DNA of 59,567 nucleotides, counting the filler, from Sanchytrium tribonematis (Eukaryota), in the NCBI GenBank assembly GCA_018985235.1. It is 7 parts of 7 records of this genome, joined end to end, with 100 filler letters (N's around TTAATTAATTAA, not from the genome) between each part and the next. Parts side by side here need not be neighbours in the genome. Positions count along the whole stretch, not along the records: positions 8,614 to 17,097 come from JADGIG010000375.1; positions 17,198 to 25,675 come from JADGIG010000376.1; 5 more parts are not named here. The stretch is one strand, 5' to 3'. Both the position numbers and the translations under genes were made by a program. Of this stretch, positions 9,745 through 20,636 are shown piece by piece (the first letter of the stretch is position 1; each line of letters starts with the position of its first letter). The notes under the pieces are model-generated. The model did not search any database. It saw nothing but the letters and a program-made list of their open reading frames with translations, and was not told the origin of the DNA.

Positions 9745-11801
9745 TTAATTTCCAGCAGATGCATTTTTTGCGGCTTTAATAGTTGGTGTCAAGGATAATA
9801 GACTTTCAGCTTTTAGTAAAAATTTGTGTTGTAACAATTCACTTGTGGTCGCTCTTTTGTCGGGATCCACTTCCAAGGACCTGCTTAAAAAGTCCTTCAA
9901 ATCGGGCGACAATTGTTGAGGGTTTTGTAACTTTGGAGTTCCATTAGTTGCAATTAGATAGAGAGCCTAAATTATTGTGTTAATACTCTTAAAGGATTTT
10001 CGTTTAAATATGGCGGTTCACCTTCAATCATTTCAATAGCCATTATACCCAAACTCCAAACATCGATTTTCGGACCATAAGTTTTTCTTGTAACTACTTC
10101 TGGCGCCATCCAATAAGGTGTTCCTACCATAGTGCTCCTTTTCGTATTTGGTTCTCCCAATTGTGCACAAAATCCAAAATCTGTAAGCTTCACTGATCCA
10201 TCGAGGCCCAAAAGAACATTATCGGATTTAATATCTCTATGTATTATATTTCGAGAATGCAAATGCTGAAGTCCTTGAAGAGTTTCTCTAGAAATAGCAG
10301 CAATCTGGCCTTCCGTTAGAACTGAGTAAGTCACAACGTCTGTCAATGGACCGCCTTCCATGTATTCCATAACAACCCAAAGATCTCCTTTCCATATATA
10401 CGAATCTACAAAATTAACAATATTTTTGTGTTGAGCATCTTTCATTACCAATATTTCATTAATAATTAGGTCCTTCTTTGGCTGTGCCTCTAAATTCATC
10501 TGTTTTAAAGCAACAACTTGGTTTGTTCCCAACTTGACTCCACTGAAAACACCTCCGGATGCTCCTTGGCCGATTTTTTTTAAATTGGTGTATATTTTTT
10601 GAGGGTCCGATTCTTGACATATTTCCTTTAGTTTTAAAATGACGTCTTTAGTGGAGGGCTTTGGATTATTAGATTGTTTTTTCAATGGGGGTGCTGGTTG
10701 TTGAGTCAATTTTTCTTTGGAGTCGGAAATGTCTTTGCCGGTTTCTTTGATGTCGTTCTCAACAGGCTTCTCGGCAAACTTATGGGCTTGATTTGTGGAT
10801 TTGTTCTGAGATGTATCTAGTTTGGCGTTTACGGTTCCCGGCTTTGGTTTCACGAATTCTTCCGGCTTTATTGCCAATTTTGACTCGTCTTGAAATAAAA
10901 CTTTCTGAGGAGTATCGTCTTTCTTAAGATCGTTAGAAAATACAGTCAATGTATGATTCGGTCGCTCTGGCGGAACTGGCTTTTTTTCTGTTAATTTATC
11001 AGTCGCATTTTCTTTTTCCTCTTTTAGAACTACTGGAGTAACTTTTTTCTCTGCCACTTTATCAACTGTAGCCATGTATTTGCCAGGTTGCGCTGCTTCT
11101 TCAGTCTCTTTCTTAGAGTCAGTATAAAACCCTATAATGTCAAGAACAGCCTGAGGATTAGCTGTCTGCTCTTGTTTAGAAATTCCAGAAGCTTTTATCA
11201 AGTCTTCCCAGGATCTTGGTAATCCTGTGAACTCTCCAGTTTCCGTATTGAATCCTACGTGGGTTACATGAACAGGATTAAAAGGGCCTGAAATTACAAC
11301 CCCAGGTTTATCGGAGACCTCGTCTTTACTTTTGACAGTACCCACTAAGGTTTTTAATGTTTTGGATAATCCAGCACTTTTATTTTCCTTGTTCCGCACA
11401 GTTCCAGATTCCACTAAATTCGGATTTGACTGAGCTGAATTGAATGCGCTTTTTATATCATTGACAGCTACAATATTTTTCTTCTTATTGTCTTTAAAGG
11501 AATTATTTCTCAAAAACTCGTCAGGATCCTCGGAATTTTTGGTCGCCGGCGTCTCTTTTGAAATTTTTGTATTCTCGGGTCTATCTGGTCGTGGTGGGGG
11601 CTTCGGCTTTCCTTTCTTATCTGACAAGTTATTCTCCAAAGAACGAGATCTTGTCATATTCGCGTCTATTTGAACACCACCAGAATTAGATTTAGACTTT
11701 GGCAATTGACTATTGTCAAAAGATGACTTGTTATCTGATGGGCGGGGTGGGGGTACTATATTTCTTTCTACGTTTTTTGGATTTGAATTTTGATTTGACA
11801 T
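9745..11801 (-). CDS. STE20: p21-activated kinase (STE20/PAK), two exons (11801-9987 and 9966-9745)
   Basis: [18 protein letters not shown]; kinase [17 protein letters not shown] and GTPYWMAPE. Removing the 20-nt intron restores [17 protein letters not shown]...DPDKRAT. Confidence 0.95.
9967..9986 (-). other. 20-nt spliceosomal intron GTATTAACACAATAATTTAG
   Basis: GT...AG, phase 0. Removal restores the conserved PAK sequence [12 protein letters not shown]. Confidence 0.92.
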
Positions 11802-11891
11802 TTATGAAACTGTCGACGAAATCTCAGTGGCTTGTGAAATTTGAGAATTTGGCGTAAACGAGATTATCTTGGTTGAAAAATCAGCTCATAT

Positions 11892-12740
11892 TTATTTCGA
11901 ACTATTTCCAGAATAACGGTTTAAGTCAGACTGGCATGCTACTCCTAAAACAAATTTTCCATTTATATCAGTTATAAAAGCAACGGGATATGTTTTCAAA
12001 AAATTTTCCAATTCATGTAAAGATGTCTCTGGAGTAATTTTGATAAATTGACGTTTTGGTCTTTTCGTGTATATCTCCCCAATTAATAAATTGGGATCGA
12101 CTTTTAGAAGACTATCTCGGCATACCCATCCAACAAGCTTCTTATTCTCTGTTACCGGCATATACGTAAAGTCGCATTCTTCCATCAATTTTAGAGTGTC
12201 ATTAACAGTCATAACTTTGTTTGCAATTATTGCGTGTGGAAGTTGAAGATCTTCAACAATCGCACCCGTGAAGCCTAATTTTGGTATAATTATACCGTTT
12301 TCAAGCAAATAATTTTTGTTTAGTAGAGTACTGTAATACAAATAACAAGTGTCAATAATTAAGCAATCCAAATTCTTTTCCTGTGCATAAACATACGCAC
12401 TAATGCTCTGTAACCCGATAAAAATGCCTTTTTTGTATAAAGTGTAGCAATGCTTTAGCATTGCGTTATATGGAAGTATGGGTGCAAAGGAATGATTTGG
12501 AAAAGCCTGCTCTAAGTAAATATCTTTTGGTAAAACTGTTTCGTTGGAAATTTTAGTCGATAGAAAGTCTTTCAGTTTACGTGCAATAACAGAAGAGTCT
12601 ACAGGAGATCCCATTTCATTTGTATCCGTTACTTGTAGCACATCGAGATAATCAGCTGTTACATTGCAATTAACATTCTTTCCTTTTTGAAGTAATGCCA
12701 ATGCTAGCAATGGATGAGAGGTATTTAAGCTGTTAGGCAT
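11892..12740 (-). CDS. CBS-domain pair protein resembling a degenerate cystathionine beta-synthase C-terminal half
   Basis: LIIDT..YYSTLLNKNYLLENG followed by VEDLQLP..I...TVNDTLKLM...DFTYMPV...LVGWV (CBS pair). Start Met uncertain. Confidence 0.6.
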   Translation of the reverse strand: MPNSLNTSHPLLALALLQKGKNVNCNVTADYLDVLQVTDTNEMGSPVDSSVIARKLKDFLSTKISNETVLPKDIYLEQAFPNHSFAPILPYNAMLKHCYTLYKKGIFIGLQSISAYVYAQEKNLDCLIIDTCYLYYSTLLNKNYLLENGIIIPKLGFTGAIVEDLQLPHAIIANKVMTVNDTLKLMEECDFTYMPVTENKKLVGWVCRDSLLKVDPNLLIGEIYTKRPKRQFIKITPETSLHELENFLKTYPVAFITDINGKFVLGVACQSDLNRYSGNSSK

Positions 12741-12796
12741 GTCTTCGTAATCTAATTGATGATAAATAGTTGGGAAAAAATTCATTTTCTCCTTTG

Positions 12797-15700
12797 ATGC
12801 AAAGAATTTGCACCCTGCTGGAAGAAAACAAGGCTGTCAATTTGACCAACCTTGCAAAAATTTTAAACAAAACAGATGGCGTTGGACAAGCCTGCGTCCT
12901 TAAAGCTTACAGATTACATCATGAAAACTTAGATTCAGCCGTTTTAGAAACTGTGCAATGGAATTGTACACGCAATTTGTTACTAATGCTACTACCTCTG
13001 CTAAATACCGAACAGCTTGAATGGTTAAAATGCAATTTTGAAAGTGAAAGCCTAACTTTAATATCAAATCTAGAAAAAGGAAAAAATGAACCATATGCAA
13101 CCAAGTTAGTGTCATGCTATTTTGATAAATTATCGTCTCCTCACAGACTAAGACTTTACCAGGCAGCTGATGATCTGCGTATTTATAGTTACAGTCTGAA
13201 ATACAATCAAACCAAAGAATATGTAAATTGCATAATTGACGAAATTGGAGAAATTAATGCTTTGGTGGTGATTAAGTCAATTGACATACAATTACTAGAG
13301 CACCTTTGGGAAAATACATCAAATGAGAGAGTTTTAAACGAAATTTGTAAAATATCTGCCACCGGTATCAATGGATGGAGGGAGAAGAAATTTGCGATCT
13401 CTCAAAATACAGCAAAAGCATTGCTTAAAAACAGGCAGAATTGGGAGGGTCAAGCTTTGATATATACCCAGCTACTAGAATACGAGGTTGTTTTAAAGTT
13501 AAAAAATTCTACGCCCTTGTCGAAAATTGACTCTGAACTCTCAAAGGCATTCCAATTTAAACCGTTTGAAATTACTTCCAATTGCTTTTTAACAAGTTCT
13601 TGTCTTTCACTGTTTACGAATTTTATGGAAGCTAGTAACAACACCTCTCATGTATGTGGACCACTAGCTTACAAGTGGATCAAATCTAGCATTTTTACTG
13701 CTATTTTAATGGATGAAATCTCAAAATTGAAAACATTTTTAGATATAAAATTTGATTTGATTTTAACGCAGCAATTGATGTCTGACCTCAAAGTCTTATA
13801 TCAGCTTTGCAAACTATGGATCAAAATGAAATCAGCTGGAATTTATAGTCTTTCAAAGATTCAAATTCCGAAAATATCAGACTTTGATATTGAAAAATTT
13901 GCACAATTTGTCTCTAGTTTTTATGATAATACCCCACTACTAGGACACGCATATCAGAGCATATTTAATTTTGAGATCAATGAAGCTATGGAGTCGTTTG
14001 ACAAGATCCTCGCATCTCCACCTTCTGATATTGTTGATAAAATAGCGCTTTATGAATCATTTTATGTGCTTTTACCTTTCCTTTATATGGTCAAGTCTCC
14101 CAAGATTTTACAAAGTTTAGCAACTGGAATTATCAAAAAATTTGAAGGCAAGAAAATGAAAATAAGATGTGCAAAAATACAGTATTGGATCAACTTGTTA
14201 TCCATAAAAAGAAAAAGACTTAAATTTGATGACATTAGTGAAGCCACCGAGCTCCCTAACCAACTTCTGAAATTTGATTTAATTGGCGAAGAAAGCCCAG
14301 CTGAATCATTAAAATTTTTAGAACATCTCAACATTAAAAAATTTCCACAAATAATAAGTTGGCTTCACGATGACAACTTAGAGCTTTTTTATAGGCAATG
14401 CAAGTATGGGAGTCCAGGGAGAGTTAAAATAAATGCTCCGTTGAGTATTAGTCTGTTTGAATACAACAAAATCAAGTACAACAGTTATGCAGATCAAGCC
14501 AAATCGTACTTCTCTAATCTACAACTACATTCCGAATGGATTTTAAATTCTCTCTTAATATATCCTTCAGGGTGTTGTGGGAAAATAGCAAACCATATTC
14601 TAAAATTTCTAAATTCCTTTCTAGATTTTTGCAACAATATGTTGGACGTAGCCTGCTTTTTAGACAGTGCGTTTTTGCAGCTAATTGTTTCCACAATCTT
14701 GAACATTGGATTGATTTTGCACTACTCTGAAAACTTAAATTTGAAAGAACTAATTCTTAGAGTGACTCCCTGGATAAATTGTTCATATTTGGACGCTCCA
14801 GATTTGCGGACTATTTGTGTTCCAACCGGAAACATCAACTCTGAGATTTTATTCATTGTCCCATGTCAAATAACCAATTGTTTAATTTTCTTATTTGACC
14901 AAAAAATGATTCGAGTTCCGTTTGATTTAAACATTGAAAATGATAGTCTTAAAAGCGTTTTTGATTTTCTCAAGTATTTTCAATTATTAATTCAAGAGGG
15001 AGAGTCTACAATACGGCGAAAACTTGATCCTTCAGAATGGTGGGAATGTCGCAAAAAAATTGACCTGGACATTCAAAATGCTTTAGCTCTACTGAATTAC
15101 AGGGTTGAAATAGGCCTATCAATATTAAATTTAGTGCATGGCAGAATCATTCCAAAATCAACCTATTGTGAGGAATTGCTTTCCTTGTACTTAGACTATT
15201 TTCATGTCGATCTTGTTTATTCAGAGAACAAATTGAATTGCGCACTCAAGACTCTATTCATTGTGTTAGACCAGAGATTATTTGGCGTGCCATTCGAAAG
15301 CTTAGAATCTATGGAGCAGATGTCTATATACAGAGTTCCTCATTCTTACTTTTCTTCGCGAATTTACACCACTTCTTTGGGTTCCGGGTCGTTTATACTA
15401 AATCCGAGTGCTGATTTGGCTAAAACTGAGCAGCGTTTAGAAATGAAATTTAAACATATAGGATGGAAGAGATTCCGCAAAAAAGTTGATCAGGATGCAT
15501 GGTTTTCTTTGCTTGATGAAAACATATTCGTGTACTCGGGACATGGAGCAGGTGAAAAGTATTACAATCCAACAGATCTAGTCAAATTCCAATCTAATTC
15601 TGTTGTAATGTTACTTGGTTGCTCTAGCCTTAAATTGATAGATTATGGAATCGGATCAAGAAGTATTTATGAGAATTATTTGCAAATCGGTTGCAAAGCT

Positions 15701-15886
15701 GTCGTGGGCACACTTTGGGATGTAACTGACAAGGATTTAGACGTTCAAACAATTTCGCTGATTGACGGACTTCAATTTGGAAAGGACCTTGGTATGGCGG
15801 TACAGGAGAGCAGAGCAGAATTGAAATTGAAGTACCTAAATGGTAGTGCATTAATTGTATGTGGATCCCCAGTTTATTTTGAATAG
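12797..15886 (+). CDS. ESP1: Separase (peptidase C50), compact form
   Basis: WWECRKKID, PFESL, FILNPSADL..T, YSGHGAG (His), LLGCSS (Cys), GTLWDVTDKDLD and LKYLNGSA. First ATG at 12797. Confidence 0.93.
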   Translation: MQRICTLLEENKAVNLTNLAKILNKTDGVGQACVLKAYRLHHENLDSAVLETVQWNCTRNLLLMLLPLLNTEQLEWLKCNFESESLTLISNLEKGKNEPYATKLVSCYFDKLSSPHRLRLYQAADDLRIYSYSLKYNQTKEYVNCIIDEIGEINALVVIKSIDIQLLEHLWENTSNERVLNEICKISATGINGWREKKFAISQNTAKALLKNRQNWEGQALIYTQLLEYEVVLKLKNSTPLSKIDSELSKAFQFKPFEITSNCFLTSSCLSLFTNFMEASNNTSHVCGPLAYKWIKSSIFTAILMDEISKLKTFLDIKFDLILTQQLMSDLKVLYQLCKLWIKMKSAGIYSLSKIQIPKISDFDIEKFAQFVSSFYDNTPLLGHAYQSIFNFEINEAMESFDKILASPPSDIVDKIALYESFYVLLPFLYMVKSPKILQSLATGIIKKFEGKKMKIRCAKIQYWINLLSIKRKRLKFDDISEATELPNQLLKFDLIGEESPAESLKFLEHLNIKKFPQIISWLHDDNLELFYRQCKYGSPGRVKINAPLSISLFEYNKIKYNSYADQAKSYFSNLQLHSEWILNSLLIYPSGCCGKIANHILKFLNSFLDFCNNMLDVACFLDSAFLQLIVSTILNIGLILHYSENLNLKELILRVTPWINCSYLDAPDLRTICVPTGNINSEILFIVPCQITNCLIFLFDQKMIRVPFDLNIENDSLKSVFDFLKYFQLLIQEGESTIRRKLDPSEWWECRKKIDLDIQNALALLNYRVEIGLSILNLVHGRIIPKSTYCEELLSLYLDYFHVDLVYSENKLNCALKTLFIVLDQRLFGVPFESLESMEQMSIYRVPHSYFSSRIYTTSLGSGSFILNPSADLAKTEQRLEMKFKHIGWKRFRKKVDQDAWFSLLDENIFVYSGHGAGEKYYNPTDLVKFQSNSVVMLLGCSSLKLIDYGIGSRSIYENYLQIGCKAVVGTLWDVTDKDLDVQTISLIDGLQFGKDLGMAVQESRAELKLKYLNGSALIVCGSPVYFE

Positions 15887-17097
15887 TTTCTGAACAACTT
15901 CCACGCAATAATTAAACACGATAGTCCAAGTACAGATGCAATTTTAACAGTATTGTTTGGTATTTCTGGAAGGGTGTGCTTTAATCTTTTCATCCATTCC
16001 TTCTCGGTTTTGGTTGGGAATTTTTGCGGTATAAAATGTTCTAGATGGGTAGACACATTAGAAAATGGTTCAAAAATCCCACACGATACCCCAGCACAGT
16101 ATGCGCAACCAAATGCAGTTGTCTCCCTCATATTAGGCCGCAAAATTGGAATTTGTAACACATTGCTCTGAATTTGAATCAAACAATTTGAATTTGAAAC
16201 CCCACCATCGACTTTTAGCTGACTTACTTTCAGTCTCGATTCCACTTCCATTTCAAGAACCAAATGCTTGACTTGGATAGCTACAGATTCAAAAAAGGCT
16301 CTGGCTATATTTCCTTTGTTACTTGATGTTGTCAAGTTGAAGAAAGCAGCTTTTGCATTTGGCTCCCAGTATGGTGCGAAAAGGCCCGACAACGCCGGTA
16401 TTATAACGACTCCATCGCTCGATTTCACTAAATCTGCCTGAGCGCCTACTTTAAGAAAAATTACTTATATCTCTACCATCTTTGAACAATCCCAAGCTTT
16501 GAAACCAGGTGATAGCCGAGCCAACATTAGCAACTGCACCAATGCTGCTTGCTGATCCCCTAATATTCCACAAACAGAAATGCCCTTATACACTTCGTAG
16601 CGCAGCGATCCAAATTTAGAATCTGAAGAGCAAATCGAGGCTAGTTTTAAATTTTCCAAACCGAATAACTTTAAGGCTGAGAGATCCCATTTCCCGGAGT
16701 TTATGTTCATGAGCATAGTCCTACTGGCGTTTGTTACATCGGTCTTATATTCCCCAGTTAATTTCCATAATAAAAATGTATCCACTGTGCCCAATCTCAA
16801 ACTACCATTTTCGTAAGCTTCTTTTATTTTTCGATTGTTTCTTATCATCCACACAATTTTCAAGGCGCTAAAATATGTAGAAAAATTAAGTCCTGTTAAT
16901 TTTTGTAGATAATTTTTACCATACTTTTTAATAAACTCATTCATTAGCTCACTAGTTCTTGTATCGTACCACAATATAGCTTCATCATAGACTGTCCCGT
17001 CGGCATTCCAGAACACTGTAGTTTCTCTCTGATTTGCTATTCCAATAGTCGCAATTTTTGGATTCGATGCTACAGGAGAAGGCTTTTTTGATGGACA
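15874..17097 (-). CDS. GUT1: Glycerol kinase (FGGY), 5' truncated, with a 19-nt intron and an apparent internal frameshifting deletion near 16540
   Basis: GIANQRETT, ILWYDTRT, YFSALK, TDVTNASRT, GDQQAAL, PALSGLFAPYW, VDGG and ETTAFG; C-terminal TM anchor. The KNTYGTG...YALE segment is absent. Confidence 0.88.
16446..16464 (-). other. 19-nt spliceosomal intron GTAATTTTTCTTAAAGTAG
   Basis: GT...AG, splits an A|GC codon. Removal joins AITWFQSLGLFKDGRDI to SAQADLVKSSDGVVIIPALSGL in frame. Confidence 0.82.
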
Positions 17098-17197
17098 NNN
17101 NNNNNNNNNNNNNNNNNNNNNNNNNNNNNNNNNNNNNNNNNTTAATTAATTAANNNNNNNNNNNNNNNNNNNNNNNNNNNNNNNNNNNNNNNNNNNN
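17098..17197. other. Artificial contig spacer
   Basis: N44-TTAATTAATTAA-N44. Confidence 0.99.
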
Positions 17198-18676
17198 TCT
17201 ATAATCTTTCCATGTTAGCCGTTTTGGTGAAGCAGATCTTGCATTTCCAGAATCTTTTTGCTCGTATCTAGTTGAGTCGACTTCAATTTGAAGATTGGGT
17301 TTCCGCTTCGATTCTCTTGAGTCCACAATTCCGCTCAAATGGAATTCTAGATGAGACCTCATTTGGTCAAAATATGGTCGAGTGGTATCTATCTGTAGTT
17401 CATCTGGGTTAGAAATATTTGTAACTATATCTCGGGATAATAGAGGCTTTTCTTCGCTGATTTCTGATTCCTGATGTCTAAATATGCTTTTGATCCATGG
17501 AGAATTTTGCATTGGTGAAAAGACCTCACTCTTCATTAAATTTTCATAATCTTTCCATTCCATTTCATTTTGATAATCTAATTCTTGATCTTCCGGTAGT
17601 TCTTTTATACTTTCCAAAGAGGCTACAGGTGACGATGATCTTTCTTTTAAATTGGATTTGGCTGTTGAAAAGCTGCGCGATATTTGCTTCTTCTTTTCAA
17701 TCACATTCTCCGATAGACTTTTAAGCTTTGGATTACTTGTTGCCTTTGAGACCCTTTCAGTAGACACTTTCGCACTTTCTGGCTTAAAGCTAGATTTTGA
17801 GACTTTAGTATTCTTTAAATTATTGTTTTCTAATACTTTTTTCAGCTCTAATATTTCTTCCTTTAAATCTTGAAGTTCTGCCCTTTCATCATCGACTAGT
17901 TTGACGCTATTTGACAGCTTATATTCTTTCACAATGTTATTTTTCATTTCTTCCCACTCTTGGAACCACAATTTTCTTTCTTCTGCAAGCTTCTCTTCAA
18001 AATCTCTTTGACTTATAGCTTCGGTCTTCGCTTGAGCGTTAGAAAGGACCTTCACCTGGTTGTCCGTGTTTGCAATTTGACTGCTAAGAACAGTAAGAGC
18101 TTCTGTGATTTTTTCCAATAAAGGATCTGATTTCCTAGATTTCGAAAATTCGCCTTTGTTTTCATAAAACTCTGACAAGCAGTCGCCGTGTCTTCGTTTT
18201 ATATGTCCTTCAAGAAAGGACTCACTGGTAAATGTCTTTGTGCAAAAATCGCATTTATAATATGCACTTACTTGATTAGATGGTAATTTGTGAGCCATTT
18301 GATATGCATAAACAGTTTTCTTTAGCATTTTGTTTTCTTTTTTCAAATCGTCAAATTCAACCGAATGATTACTTTTATTTTTTTGTGATTGATTCAATTG
18401 CTCTTCTAATTGTATGAGCTTATATTCAGTTTCTTGATTCTTTTGGATAAGCGTATTATTGTTTTGAAGTAGATAGTCATTTGTCATCTGTGATAATTTG
18501 AAGAGTTTGACCAAGTTTGAATCTTGAAAATCTTCCTTTTCAACATTACAGTAAGTTATCATGTCAATATACTGGCGCAACTCTTGAGATGCGTTCTCCC
18601 TTTCAATTTTTTCTGGTGCTGCGTTCCCTAAAAGTTTCCAGTTAATTTCTTGTTTCTTTGGTTTGAAAGAAAACAT
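17198..18676 (-). CDS. DZIP1: DZIP1/Iguana-like basal-body protein (3' truncated)
   Basis: Dzip-like N domain (FSFKPK..INWKLL...IERE...ITYC.VEKED...KLFKLSQ...YLL), coiled coil and the C2H2 finger CDFCTKTFTSESFLEGHIKRRH. Confidence 0.85.
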
Positions 18677-18699
18677 GGCCTACTATTTTCACTTAGATG

Positions 18700-20619
18700 T
18701 CAAAAATTTACTGAAATTTTATTTAAGAACGTAAAGCAATTTAAGCAGCTTACGAATTCTAACTGGATAGTAGACTTCTCATAAAGATAAATGATTGGAA
18801 CAAATCCAACTTGGTTGACAAATTCAGGGCTAGAATACAATTTTGTAATGTCTATCTTCTTGTTGATTTTAGGAATATCGAACTTAGCTAAGAAATCGAA
18901 CTGTTTGTTGGCAGCGACCACGATATTACCTTTAATGGATTCTAAAACTGATAAAACATCCAAGAGACTCTCGCAATTGATGTCATCAGCCAAGTATACA
19001 ATTCTGCTCTGTAAATCGAATTGATAGCAGTTGTAATTGTGCTCGTCTTCGATAACGTAAAACGCGGATCCTTCACCTAGTAACTTGGCCTTCTTAAAAT
19101 CATTCATATCTAAAAAATCATCACTATCAAATATAATTGCATCGGATATTTCAGTACTATCATAATATTGAATATGGATTATCTGTGAAAACAATTTAAA
19201 TGCCAGAGCATCGTTATTTTTTAAACTGCAAAATTTGAACTTAAGCATCATATTACTCGGATCGGGCGAAAATGGTTCTAAAAACCTTGGTATTGTGGTG
19301 GAGCCTGTAGTTCTATAAATTATTTCATTCAAGTGTGCGTCTCCCACAAATATATTTTTAAAAACTAATAAATAGTGTTCACTGGTATGATTTGCGTTTT
19401 TTATTGCGGCTATTAGAGAAAATTGATTGATCTTGTGAAGTAAAATATAACAATAGTCTTTTTCAAAGCCAATTGCCAACAAATTTCGGCTCAAATTGGG
19501 AATGTCTGACTTAGTTGCAGGAAGATCAAAGTTTTCAACAATAAACACGCCTAATTCACCTTCTGAAGGTTGATTTAATTTGGATGCTTCAAATTTAAAC
19601 AAATTTTCGATAAGAGGCATGATCCAATATTCTGGTATAAACTTATTAAATTGTATAAAACAAGGTTGGATTTCTAGCTTCTGCTTAGGTTCTAATTTTC
19701 CAAAACCATATTTGCAAATAGATCTAAAAATTAATTTTACATCGCAAAATTCGAAGTTTTCCCGCCCAGAAAATCGGTATTTAAACTCCCAATCTATTAC
19801 TGACTTTCCAAAAACTAAAGATTGAGGAGTATTTTTTGATAAAAATTCTGGTTTTTTAGGTATATAAAAATTGGAAATATTCAAGGGATCGTCTGATTTT
19901 GATTTTTCCAACATAGTTTTCTTAGTTACAGGCCTTTGTAACAGTGCTTTTTTCTTGGCTTTAATGCCACTATCCATTTTTTTAGGCAATTTTTTAACCA
20001 CATTATTAAGTGTTTTAGATATAATTTCTTTGTCGTAATTGTCCAATTTTCTGGGTATTTTCTTGGGTTCCGACCATTTTATATTTTTGTTCTGAAAGGA
20101 TCTAAGGCCGTCGTAAAATGCAGGGTCTTGTAGAAGGGCCAAATTCATTTCAATTAATTCCTCTTGTTCCCTATTCATTTTTTCTCTCATTTTAGTAATT
20201 ATTGAATCTTGAATTGTAAGCTGCCGTATTCGATCCGATAAAATTGTAACTCCTTTGTTAAAATCCATTATTTTTTCACTTGCCCTGCTTTTCGCAAGAT
20301 TTACAAGACCATTTTCAATCGTTTTCTCATCAATGCCAATCACTTCCAGATTATTAATAATGAGTTTGCTACTTATATTCTTGGCTTCTTCGATGACCAT
20401 TACCTTTCTAGCAATCCCATCATAATTATTTGATTTCACAATGTTTGTCAATTTTTCATTCTGAATACTTAATGTTTTTGTATAGGAGAGCAAATCTTTT
20501 TGTAGCGTGAGAAGGTATAGTAAAAGTTCCTTCATTTCCCCAACATTTAAATCATCGACAAGATCGAGCTCTTGCATGCATCTTTGCGCTAATGAACAAT
20601 AGTCCGTATTATCAAACAT
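18700..20619 (-). CDS. Hypothetical protein with N-terminal coiled coil
   Basis: 639-aa open frame tightly packed between neighbours; no family recognised. Confidence 0.7.
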   Translation of the reverse strand: MFDNTDYCSLAQRCMQELDLVDDLNVGEMKELLLYLLTLQKDLLSYTKTLSIQNEKLTNIVKSNNYDGIARKVMVIEEAKNISSKLIINNLEVIGIDEKTIENGLVNLAKSRASEKIMDFNKGVTILSDRIRQLTIQDSIITKMREKMNREQEELIEMNLALLQDPAFYDGLRSFQNKNIKWSEPKKIPRKLDNYDKEIISKTLNNVVKKLPKKMDSGIKAKKKALLQRPVTKKTMLEKSKSDDPLNISNFYIPKKPEFLSKNTPQSLVFGKSVIDWEFKYRFSGRENFEFCDVKLIFRSICKYGFGKLEPKQKLEIQPCFIQFNKFIPEYWIMPLIENLFKFEASKLNQPSEGELGVFIVENFDLPATKSDIPNLSRNLLAIGFEKDYCYILLHKINQFSLIAAIKNANHTSEHYLLVFKNIFVGDAHLNEIIYRTTGSTTIPRFLEPFSPDPSNMMLKFKFCSLKNNDALAFKLFSQIIHIQYYDSTEISDAIIFDSDDFLDMNDFKKAKLLGEGSAFYVIEDEHNYNCYQFDLQSRIVYLADDINCESLLDVLSVLESIKGNIVVAANKQFDFLAKFDIPKINKKIDITKLYSSPEFVNQVGFVPIIYLYEKSTIQLEFVSCLNCFTFLNKISVNF

Positions 20620-20636
20620 CGTCTCCTTTTTAAATC

